Shown here: positions 36,768-53,561 of the stretch, in pieces
Position numbering within the stretch: the stretch's first letter is position 1
Layout: each line of letters opens with the position of its first letter
Assembly: GCA_000004695.1 (NCBI GenBank)
Contig: CM000151.3
Coordinates: 3,232,001-3,296,000 of the forward strand
Source of the DNA: Dictyostelium discoideum
Taxonomy: Eukaryota
DNA length: 64,000 bases
Direction of reading: 5' to 3'
Notes under the pieces: generated by a model
Seen by the model: only the letters and a program-made list of their open reading frames with translations
What the model was told of the DNA's origin: nothing
Databases searched by the model: none
Translations under genes and position numbers: made by a program

Positions 36768-38483
36768 ATGTTTAGAATACTATTAAATGGTATTGCAAAA
36801 AAACCAAGCCAATTAATTGTTACTAGTAATAGTGGTGGTACTATTTTTGCAAATAGCGGTAATAATAATAACAATAATAACAATAATAATAATAATAATA
36901 ATGGTTTATCTTTTTTAAATTTATTTGGAAATAACACCGATAGCCAATCCAATAATACTACAATAAATAATTTTAAAAATGCATATAGAAATTTCTATAA
37001 ACTTCATTATTCCACATTAAATAAAAAGTCATCATCATCATCATCAAATTCTAAACAAACATCACAAACTAGCAACGATAGCAACAAGAATAATAGTAGT
37101 AGTAGTAGTGGTAATAATAAAAATAATAAAAATAAAAAGAATTATACAGTAAGAATAATAAATAATTTTGAAGTAAAGAAAATTACAAAACAAATTGAAT
37201 TGGAACCATTTAATATTGAAAATTATCAAAAACTATCAGAATTATTAGGAGCAAGAGATGTTGCAATCGTTAATGGTAGAGAGATTGGACAATTGGAAAT
37301 ATTTTTAGAGATATTAAATATTGAGCCAAAACAAGCCTTCATTCATTACTTTTTATATAGTTGGTTGAAAGATATTGAAGAGTGTGACGACGATTACGTA
37401 TTGACATTACTAGACGGTACAACAAAATTCACATTGAAGGAGTTGTTGATTAAAGAGATTGAAATCAGTCCATCATTTACACCACCCTATATTAAATTAA
37501 CAAATTATCAATCGACAATGTTACAAGATAGAATTGTGCTACCAATATTAATGAATGATAATAGATTCCAATGGGTTGGTTTAAACAAGTTGGAATTGTT
37601 TTTAAAGGTTTTAGATATGGAGCCAGGTAATTTAGTAGCCAATCATAATTTAGCAACCTTTTTATTAGTTAACAACCTTGGTGAAATTCAAATGATGAAT
37701 GGTGATAAACTTTCAACATTTGAAATTTGTAAAAACAATTATCAGTTAAATAAAAATACAACACCATTCTCTTCAATCTATTTATCTGAACAACCTGAAA
37801 TTACACCACAACAATCGATTAAAATTTTAACTGAAGCAATTTTACAATTTCCAAATGAACCAACTTTATATTTAAAATTATCAAATAAATTATTAAATAA
37901 TTATGATTTAGTTATAATTGATAATGGTGATGGTGATGATGAAAAATCAATAAAATTAAATAGATTACAATTACTTGGTATTGCAATTTCGATACAAGAG
38001 CAGTATATAATCGATAATAGTAATATTCAAACAATTCCAAATAGTTTTGCAGAATCTTATTTTAAACTTGGCTGTTATTTAGAGAATAGAAATCAATCAA
38101 TTAAATCAGTAGATAGTAATGGTAATTTCAATTGTTCATGGAATATAATATCATCATTTACAAGAGCATTAGAAATTAATCCAAATCATTTAGAATGTAA
38201 AAAATTATTAATTCAATCGATTGATAATAAAGAGGTTGTATTAATTGGTTCAAAATCTTACTCTAAATTAGATTTAATTTATTCAATGATTGAATCTTCA
38301 AAACAAAATTCAACCACTGATTATTATAAATTCATTTTCTCTTCATTATCAAATTATTATAAAGAAATTGATCATCAAAAATATTTAAAATTTAAAAATT
38401 TATTAAATAATGAAATTGGTAAATATAAAATTATATATATATATATTAATAATAATAATAATAATAATAATATAATTTTTTAA
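36768..38483 (+). CDS. Hypothetical protein (571 aa) with Asn/Ser-rich N-terminal region and a TPR-like C-terminal half
   Basis: ORF with recurring helical-repeat-like motifs (EISPSFTPPYIKLTNY, LDMEPGNLVANHNLATFLL, LEINPNHLECKKLL). It shares these motif types with the downstream ORF 38603..39355 (IELDPNRPMLYYQLS, SQINPNFSKTYYALS), so the two are tandem paralogues. Confidence 0.5.
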   Translation: MFRILLNGIAKKPSQLIVTSNSGGTIFANSGNNNNNNNNNNNNNNGLSFLNLFGNNTDSQSNNTTINNFKNAYRNFYKLHYSTLNKKSSSSSSNSKQTSQTSNDSNKNNSSSSSGNNKNNKNKKNYTVRIINNFEVKKITKQIELEPFNIENYQKLSELLGARDVAIVNGREIGQLEIFLEILNIEPKQAFIHYFLYSWLKDIEECDDDYVLTLLDGTTKFTLKELLIKEIEISPSFTPPYIKLTNYQSTMLQDRIVLPILMNDNRFQWVGLNKLELFLKVLDMEPGNLVANHNLATFLLVNNLGEIQMMNGDKLSTFEICKNNYQLNKNTTPFSSIYLSEQPEITPQQSIKILTEAILQFPNEPTLYLKLSNKLLNNYDLVIIDNGDGDDEKSIKLNRLQLLGIAISIQEQYIIDNSNIQTIPNSFAESYFKLGCYLENRNQSIKSVDSNGNFNCSWNIISSFTRALEINPNHLECKKLLIQSIDNKEVVLIGSKSYSKLDLIYSMIESSKQNSTTDYYKFIFSSLSNYYKEIDHQKYLKFKNLLNNEIGKYKIIYIYINNNNNNNNIIF

Positions 38484-38485
38484 TA

Positions 38486-38524
<39 letters not shown>

Positions 38525-38602
38525 AAAAGAAAATTAAAACTTATAAGATTAATAAACCAATATCCATTCTATAGTGAATATTATCATTTATTATATCAAG
38601 AA

Positions 38603-39355
38603 ATGAATAAAGATGAAAGTGTATTATTAAAAGGTAAAACCAACAACAATAACAATAACAATAGCAATAACAACAACAGCAATAATAAAAACAATAATAA
38701 AAATAACAATCAAGTAACAATGAATAGAATAGATGTATTATTAAAATCAATTGAATTAGATCCAAATAGACCAATGTTATATTATCAATTATCAGAGGAA
38801 TTAGATGATGATTTATCAACTATAACATTATTAGATGGTGTATCGGTGATGAATAAACAAGAATTACTATTGAAAGAGAGTCAAATTAATCCAAACTTTT
38901 CAAAGACTTATTACGCTTTATCAAAATTAATTCGTGAAGATAATGAAGATGATGTTAGAAATAAAATTGAATTCCTTAGTGTCGCACTATCATTAGATAC
39001 AAAGTATAGTCCAAACCTTTATTTAGAATTGGGTTTATTAATGAAAAGATATAATATCGATTCATTTAAATCACAATTATCAAGAAAACAAATGTTTATA
39101 AAATCCTTGGAACAAGAGGACCAATGTTTATCCGATTTTTCAAATGCTAAAAACTCATTGGCTTGGTATCATTTAGCTATGGAAATGAATGACCATGAGC
39201 TTTGTTTAGGTAAAACTAAAAAAGATATCATCTCTTTGATCGTCAATAAATTAGATCCAAATTTTACCCTTGCTCGTTTAGAATTTTTAAAGTTTGAAAT
39301 TAATGGTATAATTATTAAAAATCAAAACAATCAATTAGATACTGTTACTATGTAA
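38603..39355 (+). CDS. Hypothetical protein (250 aa), shorter tandem paralogue of 36768..38483
   Basis: Same repeat motif family as above. An attempt to splice it to the upstream ORF found no frame-compatible donor/acceptor pair, so it is treated as a separate gene. Confidence 0.4.
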   Translation: MNKDESVLLKGKTNNNNNNNSNNNNSNNKNNNKNNNQVTMNRIDVLLKSIELDPNRPMLYYQLSEELDDDLSTITLLDGVSVMNKQELLLKESQINPNFSKTYYALSKLIREDNEDDVRNKIEFLSVALSLDTKYSPNLYLELGLLMKRYNIDSFKSQLSRKQMFIKSLEQEDQCLSDFSNAKNSLAWYHLAMEMNDHELCLGKTKKDIISLIVNKLDPNFTLARLEFLKFEINGIIIKNQNNQLDTVTM

Positions 39356-39630
39356 TACACCAAAACACTAACCCCTTTTTTTTAATTATCTCATTTGAAG
39401 ATTATAATTACATTTTTCAAATTTTAAAATTAAAATTAAAAATAAAAAAAAAAAAAAAAAAAAAAAAAAACAATAATAATAATATCACAATCACAATCAC
39501 AATCACTATAATTATATTTATTTATTTAAAATAATAAAACACTGGAAACTGACATTCACAAATTTGGGTGTCAAAAAAAAAAAAAAATTAACTATTCTTA
39601 TATTTAAAAGTTTTTATTTTATTTTTTTAT

Positions 39631-43466
<3,836 letters not shown>

Positions 43467-44277
43467 ATTTAATTTTTTTTTTTTTTTCTTTTTTTTTATT
43501 ATTATTGTTATTATTATTTTTTTCTTTTTCTTTTTCTTTTTTTTTTTTTTTAAATTTTTAAAAAAACAAAAATAAAAAGAAAAAAAAAAAAAGCTTTTTT
43601 TTAAATATTCAAAAATCTTTTAAAAAATAGAGAAAAGAAAAAAAAAAAAACATTATCCAAATTTAATTTCTTTATTAACTAGGACATTTTTTATGTGAAA
43701 ATGCACTGTAGTAAGATTTCCTGAGTTTTGAGGATTTAATCAATGGATTTTGCCGTTTTTTTTTAAAAGCAAAAGATATTTTTTTAATTTTTTTTTTTTT
43801 TAATTTTTTTTTTTTTTTAATTTATTTTGCCTCCAATCACAAAATAAAAAAACATTTTTAAAATAAAAAAAAAAAAAAAAAAATAAAATTAATTGTTTAA
43901 TGAAAGATTAAAATAATAATACGATTCGTATTTTTTTTTTTCGCTTTACTCCAAAATATTTAAATTTTTTTTTAAAATTATTGTGTTTATTGTAAAGAAT
44001 AATTTTTTTTTTTTTTTTTTTTTTCTTTTTTTTTTTTTTTTCTAATTGTTGAGTTTTAATTATGGTTATAATTTTTCATTACATGTTGCTTGACTATAAT
44101 TCGTTTTTTTTTTTTTTGGGTTTTTGGGTTTTTGGTTAAAAATAGTACTAACGTGTTTTGATCATTGAGCGATTTGAAAACATTAATTTTTTAATTTTTT
44201 AATAATAATTAACACTTGTACGAAATAAAAAATAAAATTTTTTTTATTTATTTTTTTTTTTTTCCTTAAAACCCAAG

Positions 44278-44314
<37 letters not shown>

Positions 44315-44432
44315 TTTTGAATAAAAAATAATAAATTCAAAAAAATTAATTTGTTTTGTTATTTCCATCTTTAAAAAACAGGTTTATTTTTATTTTTTTT
44401 TAATTTTTAATCTTTAATATTATTATTATTAT

Positions 44433-44472
<40 letters not shown>

Positions 44473-44481
44473 CGATTTTTT

Positions 44482-44847
44482 TTATTTAAACAAATTTTGA
44501 ATTGAACAGTAGTTCGACTGTCTAGAGGAAATTATGGAATTTTTAGGATCTACCAAATGTTTAGGTTTTCTACCTCTTTTAAATTGATCTGGATTGGTAC
44601 AAGCGGGACATTCTTGGTCTTTGCAAAGATTTTTGTGACACTTTTCATGTCTACGACGGTGTTTTGTGTGGCAGAGGAAAGTGCAATCAGAGTGGCGGCA
44701 CATTACCATTGGTTTATTTGAAGCAGATTTATTTCTTACAGCACCTGCATGTTTCTTGGTAATATGTCTTGAGAGTGAGCTAGCGTAACCATAAGACATG
44801 CTGCAAAATTTTTGGGTACATTTGTAAGCACCTTTTTCAGTTTTCAT
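44482..44847 (-). CDS. Small Cys/His-rich, basic protein (121 aa), putative zinc-finger-like
   Basis: MKTEKGAYKCTQKFCSMSYGYASSLSRHITKKHAG... has a C-x4-C...H-x4-H arrangement, then C-x4-C...C-x7-H-x4-H and CKDQECPAC. Composition is not low-complexity. The fold and function are not established. Confidence 0.4.
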   Translation of the reverse strand: MKTEKGAYKCTQKFCSMSYGYASSLSRHITKKHAGAVRNKSASNKPMVMCRHSDCTFLCHTKHRRRHEKCHKNLCKDQECPACTNPDQFKRGRKPKHLVDPKNSIISSRQSNYCSIQNLFK

Positions 44848-45536
44848 TATTATTATTGTTATTTAAAAAAAAAATTAGAGATATATAGAAAAAAAAAAAA
44901 AAAAAAAAAAATAATATAGATTATAGAGATATATAATAAGAAAAATAAATAAAAATAAATAAATAAAATTGTTTAAAAAAAAAGTAATACATTTTTTTTT
45001 TTTATTTTTTATTTTTTTTTTTTCAAAATCATAGTTGTGTTGAATTTAATTAAAAACTAGTTAAATATGGGACTAAGATGTGGTAAATTTTTTTTTTCAT
45101 TTTTATTATCATTATTTTTTTGCACTGATAATTATTTGAAAAGGAATAAAATAATTGCGATATAATTTACAAATATAAATATATGTAAGTGAGTATACTA
45201 GTATTTTTTTTTTTTTTTTTAATTTTTTTTTTTTTTAAATTAATTAAAAAAGTGTTCAATTATATATTTATTTTGATTTTGATTTTAAGTTAAGTGAATT
45301 GAATTCTTCTTTTTAATAGTGCTTTTTTGATTTTTTTCACTATATATATTTTTTTTTTTACAATTTTTATTGTAAAGATATTTTTTTTTTTTTTTTTTTA
45401 AAATAAAAAAAGGTTTGAAACTATCATATCTGCCCAATATCTCTAGGGTTTTAAAAATTTCCATTCATATATTTTTTGTAATTATCTTTATTTAAGTTTT
45501 GTCTAATTAAATGCCTAGATAAAATGGAGTCCAAAG

Positions 45537-45568
<32 letters not shown>

Positions 45569-45775
45569 AAAAATAAATAAAATCATTTTATATCTTTCTC
45601 ATTGTTTGAATAAAAAACAAAACAAATTATTTTATATCTTTCTCATTGCTTAGATTGGGATTTTTATAATTATTTTTTTAAAATTAAATTGTTAAATTTT
45701 TTTTTACTGATCAAAATTTTTTCATATCTTTTGAAAAAAAAAAAATAAAAAAAATCTTAAAAATATAAATAATAT

Positions 45776-46098
45776 TCATTTTAATTGTAACAACTGGTGG
45801 TCGGTGTCATCAGTGTTAGTTTTTCCTAATGATTTCTTTATTGTATTGGTTATTGCTGCTGAAGTTATTGGTGTTGTAATGTTGGGTGATGATGGTGGTG
45901 TCGAATGGTTATTTAATTGTTGTTGAGATTGTTGATTTATTAATTGAATGTGTTGTTGAAGAAGTTGATTTTGTTTATCTATTACCTGCTGCTGTTCCCT
46001 TATTTGACGTTGCTGTTCATTGAATGTTGATACCTGTGGTTGTTGTTGTTGTTCCTCATTATCCTGTTGTTGAGATTCATCATTAGCAATATATTCAA
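45776..46098 (-). pseudogene. Gln-rich ORF remnant, 5'-truncated by/at the dispersed repeat, paralogous to 17763..18130
   Basis: Reverse strand reads IEYIANDESQQQDNEEQQQQQPQVSTFNEQQRQIREQQQVIDKQNQLLQQHIQLINQQSQQQLNNHSTPPSSPNITTPITSAAITNTIKKSLGKTNTDDTDHQLLQLK* with stop at 45776-45778. There is no in-frame ATG; the frame runs into the repeat core upstream. Confidence 0.3.
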
Positions 46099-46409
46099 TT
46101 TAATTGATGACCGTAGCCCTATCGCGTTTTTATTATTTTGTATATATTTATTACTGAGGTTGAATTAGAAACCTAGTTCTTTTTATAGTTAACAGATTTG
46201 AGCGAACTACTTCAACCTCAGCCGATAGGGTTAGATCCAATTTAAACTACAATATTATATTATTTTAATTTTATTCTAATTAATTATTATTTTCTTTTTA
46301 ATTAAATTATTTTTGAATTTATATTATTATTTTATGTGGTGATTTTGTGTGACATTTTTTTAATATCTGGTATCTAATATCTATTATGAAAACTTTTGTG
46401 AAATTAAAA

Positions 46410-46469
<60 letters not shown>

Positions 46470-46500
46470 AAAATTAAATTTAATTTAAAATTAATTAAAT
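46090..46500 (-). repeat. Dispersed repeat family, copy 2 (palindromic core 46100-46250), containing a ~48-nt poly(T) tract
   Basis: Reverse complement of 17340-17640 (see copy 1). The poly(T) at 46421-46468 produces the spurious ORF 46319..46528. Confidence 0.55.
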
Positions 46501-46807
46501 TACAACGGGAGAAAACCCCTTTAAACAAAACAATAAGGATGGAGGTGGATTAAAAAAACTCTTTTTGTCCCATAGTAAAACACTATTTTTAGTCAAAAAA
46601 AAAAAAAAATCAAATAATTTCAAACATATTATTTAAAAGTTTAAATTTTTTTATTTTTTTTTTATATTTTTTATTTATTTTTTATATCTCCTACTTTTAT
46701 TAAATTAAAAAAAAATAATCCAAATTATTTTCTTTTTTAATTATTATTACTCTTTTTTTTTTTTTTTTTTTTTAGAACAAAAACAATTTACAAAAACTTT
46801 GCTAAAA

Positions 46808-48823
46808 TTAATTTTTCATATATAACTCTTTGATTTTATAAAATAGTTCAGAGTCATTGACATCGTCTGGTAATTGATAGTTTGGATCATTTAATAAATT
46901 TGATAAAATTTGTCTTGGAATTTTACCAACTTTTGTTTTTGGTAATTGGTTAATAACTATTATTTTTTTTAAGACTGCCAGTGATTCAATATCTTGCGTG
47001 ATGATATTATTAATTTCATTTTGTAATTTATTTAAATCAATTGATGGATTTTCTTTTAATACCAATATACCAATCGGTGCAGTACGACAATCTGGACTTA
47101 AAATACCAATAGAACAACATTCTAAAACTGATGGATGTTTTAAAATTGATGTGTCAATTGTATTTAATTGAATTTTATTACAACTTATCTTAATTTGATC
47201 ATCTGATCTTGAAACAATTGTATAAAATCCTCTTTGATCTATATAACCTAAATCACCTGAATCATAGTAACCTGGAAACCTTGTAAATAGTTGTTTAAAC
47301 TTTTCATCATTTTTATAAAATGTAATTGCAAAACTGGGTGGCATTGGTAGTTTAAATGCAACTAAACCAATTTCATTTGAATTCAAAACTTCACCTTCTT
47401 CTGAAAGTATTGATGGTCTAATATAAATTGATGGTACGCCAGTGGCTCTATAAGGAATATTTAAAGCATGGACACTAATAAATGAAGTTACGCCAATTTC
47501 ACTTTGACCGTATACTCTTAAACATTTTATTTTTAACTTTTGTTCAATGTATTCTGGAATTGATTCTTCAATTACTTCACCGCCACACCATATTTCTTTT
47601 AAATTTGATAAATCATACTTAGAACGTACAATTGTTCCTTCAGGATCAGTTTTAATAAGGTATCTAAATACAGATGGGGATGGAAATGTATGTGTTACTT
47701 TATGTTTTACAATAGCTATCCATAAATCATCTTCTATATGTTCGTTTTTTATAATACCACCTTCATACATTACCAAGGTGTTTCCTCCAGATAATAAACC
47801 ATAAAAGAAACCATGAAATGATACCCACCCAATATTTGCATTTGAAAATACAATTTGAGGTATATCTGATTCTTTACGGAATGTATAGTATTTAATACCA
47901 ACCATATGCGGACCATTACTTCTTACAACAGCTTTGGTATTACCAGTTGTGCCACTTGTATAAAGTATATATAATGGATGACTTGATTCTACTGGTACAT
48001 ATTCATAAAATGGTGATTGATTATTTTCTTTTAATTTTTTAATTTCATCATACCAACTTAATGTATTTGGAATAGTTGGAATATTTTGAACTTTTTTTAA
48101 TTTTGTTTCATCCAAAACTTCATTTCTAAATAGAGTAATTACATTACTTGGTTTAAAAGTTGATAATTCAATTGCTTCTTTTAAATTTGGTGTAAATGTA
48201 ATGATTTCGTCATTAAAAATACCATAATTTGTTGTAATTATTAATTTTGGTGTAATTGTTTCGATTCTATCTATTAAACTTTTAACCGAATAACCATCGA
48301 ATAATGTACATTGAGTTGCACCAATACGAGCACATGATAACATTGCAATTAATGGTTCTAATGTATTTGCCATAAATATTAAAACATTATCATTTTTTGA
48401 AACATTTAAGTTTAAAAGAACTCTTGAAAATTTACATACTTTTTCATATAATTGATAATAGGTTAATTTAATTGTTTTCTTTAAATATGGACATTCATAA
48501 ATTAATGCATCTTGATCTCTTTTAGCAGGATTTTTAATATGAATGTCTAATAAATTATAACATGTATTTAATTCACCACCTTTAAACCAATCTGGATATA
48601 TTTCATCGCCACTATAAACTTTATCATACATTTTTTCCCTTTTATTTTTAAAAATCTTAGTTTTTGTTTTAATTTTAATATCTCTTTTTTAACAAAGAAA
48701 AAAAAAGATATATATTTACCAAAAAACATTCTTTTTAGCAACCTCATCCCAAAAAGCTTCTGGATTAGAATTTGAATAACTGTTATCATTTAAATAATCA
48801 AAAGGATCACTAAGTTTATACAT
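46808..48823 (-). CDS. Acyl/acetyl-CoA synthetase-like adenylate-forming enzyme (ACSS/PrpE-like), paralogue 1, ~644 aa. Exons complement(join(46808..48638,48720..48823)).
   Basis: Main ORF has the AMP-binding motif YTSGTTGNTKAV, YGQSE, the hinge DQIKISCNKIQ and C-terminal PKTKVGKIPR (A10 Lys). The first exon was found by eye: MYKLSDPFDYLNDNSYSNSNPEAFWDEVAKKNVFW, which is the PEAFW...W N-terminal signature of acetyl-CoA synthetases. Donor TG|GTAAAT at 48719 (phase 2); acceptor AAAAG at 48639-48640 gives W-E-K-M-Y-D-K-V... Total 1935 nt. Confidence 0.8.
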
Positions 48824-49961
48824 ATTTGTTTTTAATTATTTAATAAAATGAAAATGAAAAATTAAATATAATAAAATACAAATGAAATATTAAAAAAAAA
48901 AAAGAAAAAAAAAATTAATAATACTAAATCATGGAAAAAAAAAATTTATACATAAAAATAAATTTTATTGCACCCGTCATTAAAAATTATTCATATTATG
49001 AATATCCTAAATTACAAAAAGTGAGTAAACTAGAATTATGAAATGAATAAAATTAAATAAAAAAAATATGTCCACTAATAATTTCAATTAAGATTATTTA
49101 AAAGATACATGAAAAAGGTTTATTTAAAATCTCCAAATTTATTCCTACTACTTTTTTTTACATATACCATAATTCATAATAAAAAAAAATAAGAAATTAA
49201 TGTCGCAATAAAAAATATAAATAAATAAAATAATATGGAGAATTTTTTGGGAAAGTGCAAAAATTCTAATGAAAAAAAAAAAAATTCTTATTGTTTGTTA
49301 GATAATATTTTTATATAATAAAATTTTTAATAAACTAATATCAATTTCTAATTAATAATTAATCACACTTTATTATTAAATTATCATAAAATAATTAAAA
49401 AGAATCTGGCCATAAAAAAAATATATTTTAATAAATTAAAAATTGAAAAAATCTTATATTATTTAATTAGAATTGAATATTAATTTGTCATTAAATTATA
49501 AAAAATTTATTGATTTACCATATTGTGAGAAATTTTACTATTGTAATTTCTCATTTTTTAAAACATAAAACTATAATTTAATAATATACAACAATTAATA
49601 GGAAATAATACTATTGAAATTTCTCATTTTTTAAAACATTAAACTATAGTTTAATATATTGTAGATTATTAAAAACTATAATAAAATGATAAAAAATAAT
49701 GGGTGTACAATAAATATTTAAATAAAAAATATTAAAATATAAGAATTTTTATTTTTTTTTAAATAATTTAACATTTTACTAGGTTTTTTTTTCCCGTGCA
49801 AGATATTTTTTTTTTTTTTTTTTTAAATTAAAAAAAGGTTTGAAATTATCATATCTGCCCAATATCTATAGGGTTTTAAAAATTTTCATTCATATATTTT
49901 TTGTAATTATCTTTATTTAAGTTTTGTCTAATTAAATGCCTAGATAAAATGGAGTCCAAAG

Positions 49962-49999
<38 letters not shown>

Positions 50000-50689
50000 A
50001 AATATAAATAGAATCATTTTATATCTTTCTCATTGTTTGAATTAAAAACAAAACAAATTATTTTATATCTTTCTCATTGCTTAGATTGGGATTTTATAAT
50101 TATTTTTTTAAAATTAAATTGTTAAATTTTTTTTTACTGATCAAAATTTTTTCATATCTTTTGAAAAAAAAAAAATAAAAAAAAATCTTAAAAATATAAA
50201 TAAATATTCATTTTAATAACCAAACAGTCTAGTTTTTATTTTTATTTGCAGTTTTTTAAGAAAAAAAAATTTAAAAAAATTTATCTATTTTTCCTTATTT
50301 TCTCTATTTTTTTTTTTTTTTAAGGAATATCTCTTTAGTGGTGATAAAAAATAAAAAAAGGATAGAATCCAAAAAATATGGATAATTAATTAATAATTTG
50401 GATATATGTAAAATAATAAGGAAGGAGGTGGATTAAAAAAACTCTTTTCGTCCCATAGTAAAACACTATTTTTAGTCAAAAAAAAAAAATAATTAAAAAA
50501 AAAAAATCAAAAAAAAAAAAATCAAATAATTTCAAACATATTATTTAAAAGTTTAAATTTTTTTATTTTTTTTTTATATTTTTTATATATTTTTTATATC
50601 TCCTACTTTTATTAAATTAAAAAAAAAATAATCCAAATTATTTTCTTTTTTAATTATTATTGTTGGAGGGAATTTTCCATAAAATTTCA

Positions 50690-51148
50690 CTACAGTAGCG
50701 TAGTGAATTTTATTATTTAATTTGACTACGCTGCTGTAGTGAATTCCTATTGACGGTGCGTTCATGAAGTTAAACCTGGGTGGTGTGTGTTACACAATAT
50801 ACCGTGTGAGAATTCACAATAAGCAAATATTTCAATTTTATTGATGTCGTAGCCTTATTGCGGTTTTAATATTTTGGAAAAAATTAAAAACAGAGGTTGA
50901 AATAGAAACCTTAGTTCTTTTTTAAGTTACAAAATTTGTGCGACTTCTTTCAACTCAACCGATAAAGTTAGAATCCATTTTAACTACCAAATTATATTAT
51001 TTTTATTTTATTCTTATTTATTATATATTTCTTTTTTAATTAAATATTTTTGAAATTATAATAATATTTTAAGTGGGGAATTTGTGTGACATTTTTTTTA
51101 TATTTTGGTTTTTAAATATTATAATGAAACTTTTTGTAAAATTAAATA

Positions 51149-51207
<59 letters not shown>

Positions 51208-51260
51208 AAAATTAAATTTAATTTAAAATTAATTAAATTACAACGGGAGAAAACCCCTTT
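50690..51260 (-). repeat. Dispersed repeat family, copy 3 (core 50840-50990), with adjacent 18-bp-stem hairpin and a ~45-nt poly(T) tract
   Basis: gatgtcgtagccttattgcggtttt...cagaggttgaaatagaaacc...caactcaaccgataaagttagaatcc parallels copy 2 at ~85-90 percent. The poly(T) at 51160-51206 produces the spurious ORFs 51069..51266 and 51073..51291. Confidence 0.5.
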
Positions 51261-51545
51261 AAACAAAACAATAAGGATGGAGGTGGATTAAAAAAACTCT
51301 TTTTGTCCCATAGTAAAACACTATTTTTAGTCAAAAAAAAAAAAAAATCAAATAATTTCAAACATATTATTTAAAAGTTTAAATTTTTTTATTTTTTTTT
51401 TATATTTTTTATTTATTTTTTATATCTCCTACTTTTATTAAATTAAAAAAAAATAATCCAAATTATTTTCTTTTTTAATTATTATTACTCTTTTTTTTTT
51501 TTTTTTTTTTTAGAACAAAAACAATTTACAAAAACTTTGCTAAAA

Positions 51546-53561
51546 TTAATTTTTCATATATAACTCTTTGATTTTATAAAATAGTTCAGAGTCATTGACA
51601 TCGTCTGGTAATTGATAGTTTGGATCATTTAATAAATTTGATAAAATTTGTCTTGGAATTTTACCAACTTTTGTTTTTGGTAATTGGTTAATAACTATTA
51701 TTTTTTTTAAGACTGCCAGTGATTCAATATCTTGCGTGATGATATTATTAATTTCATTTTGTAATTTATTTAAATCAATTGATGGATTTTCTTTTAATAC
51801 CAATATACCAATCGGTGCAGTATGGCAATCTGGACTTAAAATACCAATAGAACAACATTCTAAAACTGATGGATGTTTTAAAATTGATGTGTCAATTGTA
51901 TTTAATTGAATTTTATTAAAACCTATCTTAATTTGATCATCTGATCTTGAAACAATTGTATAAAATCCTCTTTGATCTTTATAACCTAAATCACCTGAAT
52001 CGTAGTAACCTGGAAATCTTGTAAATAGTTGTTTAAACTTTTCATCATTTTTATAAAATGTAATTGTAAAACTGGGAGGCATTGGTAGTTTAAATGCAAC
52101 TAAACCAATTTCATTTGAATTCAAAACTTCACCTTCTTCTGAAAGTATTGATGGTCTAATATAAATTGATGGTACGCCAGTGGCTCTATAAGGAATATTT
52201 AAAGCATGGACACTAATAAATGAAGTTACGCCAATTTCACTTTGACCAAATACTCTTAAACATTTTATTTTTAACTTTTGTTCAATATATTCTGGAATTG
52301 ATTCTTCAATTACTTCACCACCACACCATATTTCTTTTAAATTTGATAAATCATACTTAGAACGTACAATTGTTCCTTCAGGATCAGTTTTAATAAGGTA
52401 TCTAAATACAGATGGGGATGGAAACGTATGTGTTACTTTATGTTTTACAATAGCTATCCATAAATCATCTTCCATATGTTTGTTTTTTATAATACCACCT
52501 TCATACATTACCAAGGTGTTTCCTCCAGATAATAAACCATAAAAGAAACCATGAAATGATACCCACCCAATATTTGTATGTGAAAATACAATTTGAGGTA
52601 TATCTGATTCTTTACGGAATGTATAGTATTTAATACCAACCATATGCGGACCATTACTTCTTACAACAGCTTTGGTATTACCAGTTGTGCCACTTGTATA
52701 AAGTATATATAATGGATGACTTGATTCTACTGGTACATATTCATAAAATGGTGATTGATTATTTTCTTTTAATTTTTTAATTTCATCATACCAACTTAAT
52801 GTATTTGGAATAGTTGGAATAGTTTGAACTTTTTTTAATTTTGTTTCATCCAAAACTTCATTTCTAAATAAAGTTATTACATTACTTGGTTTAAAAGTTG
52901 ATAATTCAATTGCTTCTTTTAAATTTGGTGTAAATGTAATGATTTCGTCATTTAAAATACCATAATTTGTTGTAATTATTAATTTTGGTGTAATTGTTTC
53001 GATTCTATCTATTAAACTTTTAACCGAAGAACCATCGAATAATGTACATTGAGTTGCACCAATACGAGCACATGATAACATTGCAATCAATGGTTCTAAT
53101 GTATTTGCCATAAATATTAAAACATTATCATTTTTTGAAACATTTAAATTTAAAAGTACTCTTGAAAATTCACATACTTTTTCATATAATTGATAATATG
53201 TTAATTTAATTGTTTTCTTTAAAAATGGACATTCATAAATTAATGCATCTTGATCTCTTTTAGCAGGATTTTTAATATGAATATCTAATAAATTATAACA
53301 TGTATTTAATTCACCACCTTTAAACCAATCTGGATATATTTCATCGCCACTATAAACTTTATCATACATTTTATCCCTTTTATTTTTAAAAATCTTAGTT
53401 TTTGTTTTAATTTTAATATCTCTTTTTTAACAAAGAAAAAAAAAGATATATATTTACCAAAAAACATTCTTTTTAGCAACCTCATCCCAAAAAGCTTCTG
53501 GATTAGACTTTGAATAACTATTATCATTTAAATAATCAAAAGGATCACTAAGTTTATACAT
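51546..53561 (-). CDS. ACS-like adenylate-forming enzyme, paralogue 2 (~98 percent identical to paralogue 1 at protein level). Exons complement(join(51546..53376,53458..53561)).
   Basis: Same architecture: exon 1 MYKLSDPFDYLNDNSYSKSNPEAFWDEVAKKNVFW, donor at 53457, acceptor AAAG at 53377-53378 giving W-D-K-M-Y-D. Only ~13 aa differences from paralogue 1 across 607 aa of the main exon. Confidence 0.8.

Larger units (their letters stand above)
45350..48840. repeat. Segmental duplication, copy A (paired with 49790..53580): promoter-distal flank, repeat-family copy and ACS-like gene 1
   Basis: 45361-45790 aligns with 49801-50220 (ggtttgaaactatcatatctgcccaatatctctagggttttaaaaatt...). 46530-48840 aligns with 51270-53580 at near identity, including the whole ACS-like gene. 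A 230-bp sub-segment (aataaggatggaggtggattaaaaaaactcttt...tccaaattattttcttttttaattattatt) occurs three times (46530-46760, 50420-50660, 51270-51500). Confidence 0.7.

Noticed and set aside
38483-38603. Possible intron joining 36768..38483 and 38603..39355 into one gene (GTAAAT at 38414 and several downstream AGs)
   Set aside because: No donor/acceptor combination kept an open frame into the second ORF. Kept as two tandem paralogous genes.
47547-47804. 85-89 aa antisense ORFs inside each ACS-like gene (47547..47804, 55006..55263, 57011..57280, 59642..59911, 61953..62222, plus 60128..60325 and 62439..62636)
   Set aside because: Their apparent conservation across paralogues is a by-product of sense-strand conservation. 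They are opposite a well-supported CDS and have no independent signals.
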